From NCBI GenBank assembly GCA_038248345.1, contig JBBRXO010000049.1, forward strand, positions 1-21,051: a stretch of DNA of 21,051 nucleotides, in the 5' to 3' direction. Positions within the stretch are counted from its first letter, which is position 1; each line of letters starts with the position of its first letter. Made by a program: the position numbers and the translations under genes. This DNA comes from Armatimonadota bacterium. Lineage in GTDB: Bacteria; Armatimonadota; Hebobacteria; CAIYQO01. Below are positions 17,137 through 21,051 of this stretch, piece after piece. The notes under the pieces were generated by a model. The model was not told where the DNA came from and searched no databases. It saw nothing but the letters and a program-made list of their open reading frames with translations.

Positions 17137-20100
17137 ATGACAGACATATACCATAATGGAAATATGCAGGCGAATAATGACCCGCTGACGGGCCTGCCCA
17201 CCCTGAAAGGATGGGCGGGCGGATTGCCGGAAGGCCGTTTTGCATCTATGGGGCATATCCTCTCCCTGCGCCTCTCCGACCTGGTGCAAATAAATCAGAT
17301 GTACGGTTTGGCGGCGAGCGACATCCTCCTTACGCAGGTAGCGACATTGCTGAAAAATTGGCTCTCCGGGCAGCAACTGCTGGTACGCGAGTCGAGATCA
17401 GACGCCTTCTACCTCTGGATGCCCGGCAGTTCGCATGATGAAACGCAACAGCTGGCGTTGCGCTTGCAACAGTCGCTCTTTGCCTCCGGGGTGATGATTA
17501 CCAGCGGGGTAGAGATTCATCCGCGGATGGCAGTTACGATACTTCCCGTCGCGGCGCAGGCTAGCGTTTATAGTGTGATTGAAGAACTTGACCGCATGGA
17601 GGTACGCGAACCCGCTCTCGAAGCCCCCACCGTGAACAACGGCGATAGTGCGCTGGCGATGTTGAATGTCGCACTGGAGCATCATCGCACCTTCGGGTTG
17701 GAACAACTGATTGAGCAGATCCATGCCAGTATCAATCAGCAGTCAATGAAGCAGCCCCAGACGATCTTCTTACTGGCTCCGCCGCCAGCAGTTAAATCAC
17801 GTACACTGGGGGTCGTCGGGAGCTTTCTCGGCAGCAGCAATATTCCGATGGCGCACGTCTCTAGCCATGCCAGTGACCGTGACGTCAGTTGTGGTTTGTT
17901 AGTAGCAATTTTGCTGGCGCTGATGCCCTCTTATCAACCGGAGTTGCTCTTCGCCCGTGTGTTGCCACTCTGTGACGCTAGTCCATGGTTATGTGGGCTA
18001 TTCCCTACTTTAATAAAGCATGATGCCGCGCCGCCACCACCAGGCAATCACAAACTGGTCTGTGATACCCTGACACAAGTACTGCTGGCAATGGTGGAGA
18101 ATTACTCCGCCATTGTGATTATTAATGGGCTGAACTTCGCCGATAATGATTCAATTTCAGCGTTAGGGGCGTTGCAACAGCGCGATGATCATGGTCTGCT
18201 CATCCTCGCCGGGGTCGACCCGGAAAACAACGTCATGCCCGCACTGGTCAGCCCGCTGCTCTCCAGTAATACTGTCATCATCACCCAGCAACCTTTCAGC
18301 AAATTCATCATCGGAGAATACCTGAACAACGTACTCCCGGGGGTAAAAACTCCCGAACTAACCAACTTATTGCTGGAGCGTAGCGGTGGTTGGATTCTTG
18401 ATATTGAGGGTCTTTTGCGCTCCTGGGCGGAGAGTGGGGCGTTAAATCACGACTTTGGCAAATGGCATCTAGAGGCTACTACTATCCCTGCGGAGTTGTT
18501 CTCCGCGCTATCCCCGCAGGAGAAGCAATATCTGGCGCAAGCGGCACTGGTCTGCCCGGTCACGTTGGATTTCCTGACAACGTTGTGGAAATTCACCAAT
18601 AAGGGCATAACCATGGCGATTGTCACGCATGGTCGTGCCATGGGGTTGTTGCTGCCAGAAGATCCCAATAATCCCCAGCAGGTGGAATTCCGCGATGAAG
18701 AGTATGCAACGCAACTGACGGAACTGCTCTCGCAAGAGGAGGTCCTGCGGATTCATGCAGACATCTTCAAATTGATGGATGGCACGCCAACGCATCTGCC
18801 GCCTTTGCAGCAAAATCAAAACCCGCTAAGTGCCTTTGCGAATATCATTAAGACGCAACATCAGGGGGTGAATTACCATAGGGAAGAGGTGCCGGAGCCG
18901 CTCCCGCCCATCCGGCCACTGGAGCAGGGTGAACTGCCAATACTTATTGACGTACTGTTGATGATACGGCTAGTCGGCGTCGGCTATCGCTACTATCCGC
19001 CCAACTCCGAAATTGTACGTGAACATATGGAGTCAGCTATCGCCAAGTTAGCGGAAGTATTTCAGACACGTCCGGCGATATCCATCAGCACCGACGGGAG
19101 CAAAGTTGCTATCGAAGGCCGTACCGTGGATCGCCGCGACCTGGCCACGCCCTTGAAAGACTATCTAGCGTGGATGAATGAAGCGCACCTGAAGACGCTG
19201 GGCATAATGAAAGGTGTGACGACGAACGAACTGAAAGAGATGTTCATTACTATCGCTGAATATGATGGTCAGAATGATGCAGATCCATTGCTGGAGATTC
19301 TGCAGGGATTGAGTCTCCCGCACATACGCTTCATACCGCGACAAACTCAGATGAATGACGCTAGTGCGGGCACCATCAATTTGCCCGTGGAACTGGCCGG
19401 GTCACTGATGATGAATTTTGCGAACAACGCCGCACCTGCCGCATACGGTGCCCCCGGTGTTGCCGCACCTGCCAATACCCCCTTTGTTATCCCTGACGGA
19501 AAAAGGGGGTTGCCAGTGAGCGGGGGGGGCGGGCCAGCAGCATCCGTGGCACTGCCAGCATCGCCCGTTAACGCGCTGGAAACCCCGCGCACTATACCGA
19601 TATACAACCCAGCCTTCCTGACCGCCGATGAATGGGCAGAGATGCCAGTGGTAATGGAAGGGGCGAACAGCCAGGCACGCCAGGCAATGATGGAGAATCT
19701 CTATCGCTGGCTTTCCCACTCCCCGGAGATCGCCAGTAAACAGGAGAATGTATGCCTGGATAACCTGCTGCTGGAAAGACTGGAGCAAGAGCAAGATTCA
19801 GCGGCGATGCATGAAACAGCCCGCGCAGCCATGGAGCGGCTGCAGGCGCTGGTGCGGCGCCACGAGTGGAGCCAGATGCTTTCCATCGTGGAATCAGTGC
19901 ATAATCGCATCAGTAATGAAGATGATACGGGGTTGCAGGAAGAGATAGCCGCCATCCTTGACAGTACTGCCCAGTCTGATGAATTTCTCCAACTGGTGAA
20001 TGACGCGCTGAAAGATGCCGAACATATGGACGACTTACGGCGTCTCATCGGCTACTCTGGGAATATTACCTGGCCAATATTGATGAATACCCTCATCAAC

Positions 20101-20760
20101 TCCCCCGTGCTGCAGATACGAATGCGGGTGATGACGTTGATGAAAGAATACGGCCCGAAGGCCATGCCGTTACTCAAGGAAGAGTTACGCCACCCCTATC
20201 CCTGGTACGTCTACCGCAACCTGTTACTCGCAGCCAGTGAAATCGGTTCCCCGGAAGCGATGCCCGAAATCGCAACACTGCTGGGGCATATCGACCCCCG
20301 CGTGCGCTCCTCCGCGCTCAACGCTGCCATGCGCCTCGGGGGTGATGGATCAGCAAATATATACCTGCTGCAGGGTCTGAATGACAACGCACCTGAAGTC
20401 CGTGCGCAGGCGGCTTCCCTCGCGGGCACCTGCCGTGACCGCGCTGTGATGGCCAAACTGATCCAACTACTGCTACGCGGGATACTCGATAAGGATGAGC
20501 CAGAAAATATTCAGATAGCAGCCACCCTGGCACTGGGCCAATTTGAGGAAAAAGAGGCGCGTGCGTGCCTGATCAATATTCTCTCCCCGCGCATCTTTCG
20601 CCGCAAGCCAGATCACGTCCGCGTCGCGGCCGTCAACGCCCTCGCCGCCCACCTCGCTGACCCTACCGTCCAAGATGCGCTAAAACAAGCCGCCCAGGAC
20701 CGCAACCGCACCATTAAAATAGCGGCTAACCGGGTGTTGCAGCAGTTGAAGACTAACTAA
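17137..20760 (+). CDS. 1207-aa multidomain protein: degenerate GGDEF domain, degenerate STAND/AAA-like ATPase domain and C-terminal HEAT repeats
   Basis: DPLTGLP and INQMYG..SDILLTQVA (GGDEF scaffold, with SRSDAF at the active-site position); LLAPPPAVKSR, IVIINGLNFAD and ERSGGWILDIEGLL (STAND-like); WYVYRNL, DPRVRSSA, APEVRAQAA and HVRVAAVNAL (HEAT). Confidence 0.8.
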   Translation: MTDIYHNGNMQANNDPLTGLPTLKGWAGGLPEGRFASMGHILSLRLSDLVQINQMYGLAASDILLTQVATLLKNWLSGQQLLVRESRSDAFYLWMPGSSHDETQQLALRLQQSLFASGVMITSGVEIHPRMAVTILPVAAQASVYSVIEELDRMEVREPALEAPTVNNGDSALAMLNVALEHHRTFGLEQLIEQIHASINQQSMKQPQTIFLLAPPPAVKSRTLGVVGSFLGSSNIPMAHVSSHASDRDVSCGLLVAILLALMPSYQPELLFARVLPLCDASPWLCGLFPTLIKHDAAPPPPGNHKLVCDTLTQVLLAMVENYSAIVIINGLNFADNDSISALGALQQRDDHGLLILAGVDPENNVMPALVSPLLSSNTVIITQQPFSKFIIGEYLNNVLPGVKTPELTNLLLERSGGWILDIEGLLRSWAESGALNHDFGKWHLEATTIPAELFSALSPQEKQYLAQAALVCPVTLDFLTTLWKFTNKGITMAIVTHGRAMGLLLPEDPNNPQQVEFRDEEYATQLTELLSQEEVLRIHADIFKLMDGTPTHLPPLQQNQNPLSAFANIIKTQHQGVNYHREEVPEPLPPIRPLEQGELPILIDVLLMIRLVGVGYRYYPPNSEIVREHMESAIAKLAEVFQTRPAISISTDGSKVAIEGRTVDRRDLATPLKDYLAWMNEAHLKTLGIMKGVTTNELKEMFITIAEYDGQNDADPLLEILQGLSLPHIRFIPRQTQMNDASAGTINLPVELAGSLMMNFANNAAPAAYGAPGVAAPANTPFVIPDGKRGLPVSGGGGPAASVALPASPVNALETPRTIPIYNPAFLTADEWAEMPVVMEGANSQARQAMMENLYRWLSHSPEIASKQENVCLDNLLLERLEQEQDSAAMHETARAAMERLQALVRRHEWSQMLSIVESVHNRISNEDDTGLQEEIAAILDSTAQSDEFLQLVNDALKDAEHMDDLRRLIGYSGNITWPILMNTLINSPVLQIRMRVMTLMKEYGPKAMPLLKEELRHPYPWYVYRNLLLAASEIGSPEAMPEIATLLGHIDPRVRSSALNAAMRLGGDGSANIYLLQGLNDNAPEVRAQAASLAGTCRDRAVMAKLIQLLLRGILDKDEPENIQIAATLALGQFEEKEARACLINILSPRIFRRKPDHVRVAAVNALAAHLADPTVQDALKQAAQDRNRTIKIAANRVLQQLKTN

Positions 20761-20841
20761 ATAACCCTGCATCTTTCCACAAAAGGATTTCAGCACCCCA
20801 CCGGCGAAATAGCGGTTATCTGCTGATAAAAGGGGCTTATC

Positions 20842-21051
20842 ATGATTCCGTATCGTACTGATTTAATTGAAACTGTCATCGGGCAGGCGTCCTTTGGCAT
20901 CTGGGATCTGCTGAATAAAGGCTCGGATACCTTCGGCGCGGCGACGCGCGAGGCGTTTACTGCCGAGAACAGCATCCAACTGCTGGGCAAGTGCGGAGTA
21001 CCGCATGTGTCGCTGCATGACTTGGATGTAGGGCTTGACCCGTGGGTAACC
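20842..21051 (+). CDS. xylA: N-terminus of a class I xylose-isomerase-like protein, truncated by the window edge (absent from the ORF track)
   Basis: Hand translation: MIPYRTDLIETVIGQASFGIWDLLNKGSDTFGAATREAFTAENSIQLLGKCGVPHVSLHDLDVGLDPWVT. This aligns to the class I XylA pattern FTFGLW....GRDPFGDATR...GVTFHDDD, keeping the Trp, Phe and catalytic His-x-x-Asp. RBS AAGGGG upstream. Confidence 0.75.
   Translation, partial: MIPYRTDLIETVIGQASFGIWDLLNKGSDTFGAATREAFTAENSIQLLGKCGVPHVSLHDLDVGLDPWVT

Overview
Bacterial chromosomal window of moderate GC with two AT-richer accessory inserts. In order: the 3' end of a CorC/HlyC-domain protein; an AbiEi/AbiEii-like (type IV TA) gene pair behind a 64-bp palindromic operator; a MATE exporter; a general-stress cluster (YflT-like Gly-zipper protein, hemerythrin, CsbD); a D-2-hydroxyacid dehydrogenase; a truncated L,D-transpeptidase; an unclassified glycoside-hydrolase-like protein; a membrane protein; an MFS transporter; a Uma2 nuclease; an AT-rich, translationally coupled TIGR04255-like / antitoxin-like / MazF operon next to an ankyrin pseudogene; dimeric glycyl-tRNA synthetase; a 1207-aa protein with degenerate GGDEF and STAND-like ATPase domains plus HEAT repeats; and the 5' end of a class I xylose-isomerase-like gene. 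Intergenic regions are dense in REP-like palindromes. One composite repeat (34-bp arm plus 97-bp body) occurs twice, each time just after a stop codon. The best candidates for undescribed biology are the three-gene MazF operon (possible toxin-antitoxin-chaperone defence system), the composite repeat and the pseudo-enzyme signalling protein. All family calls come from motif recognition by eye; no database searches were run.
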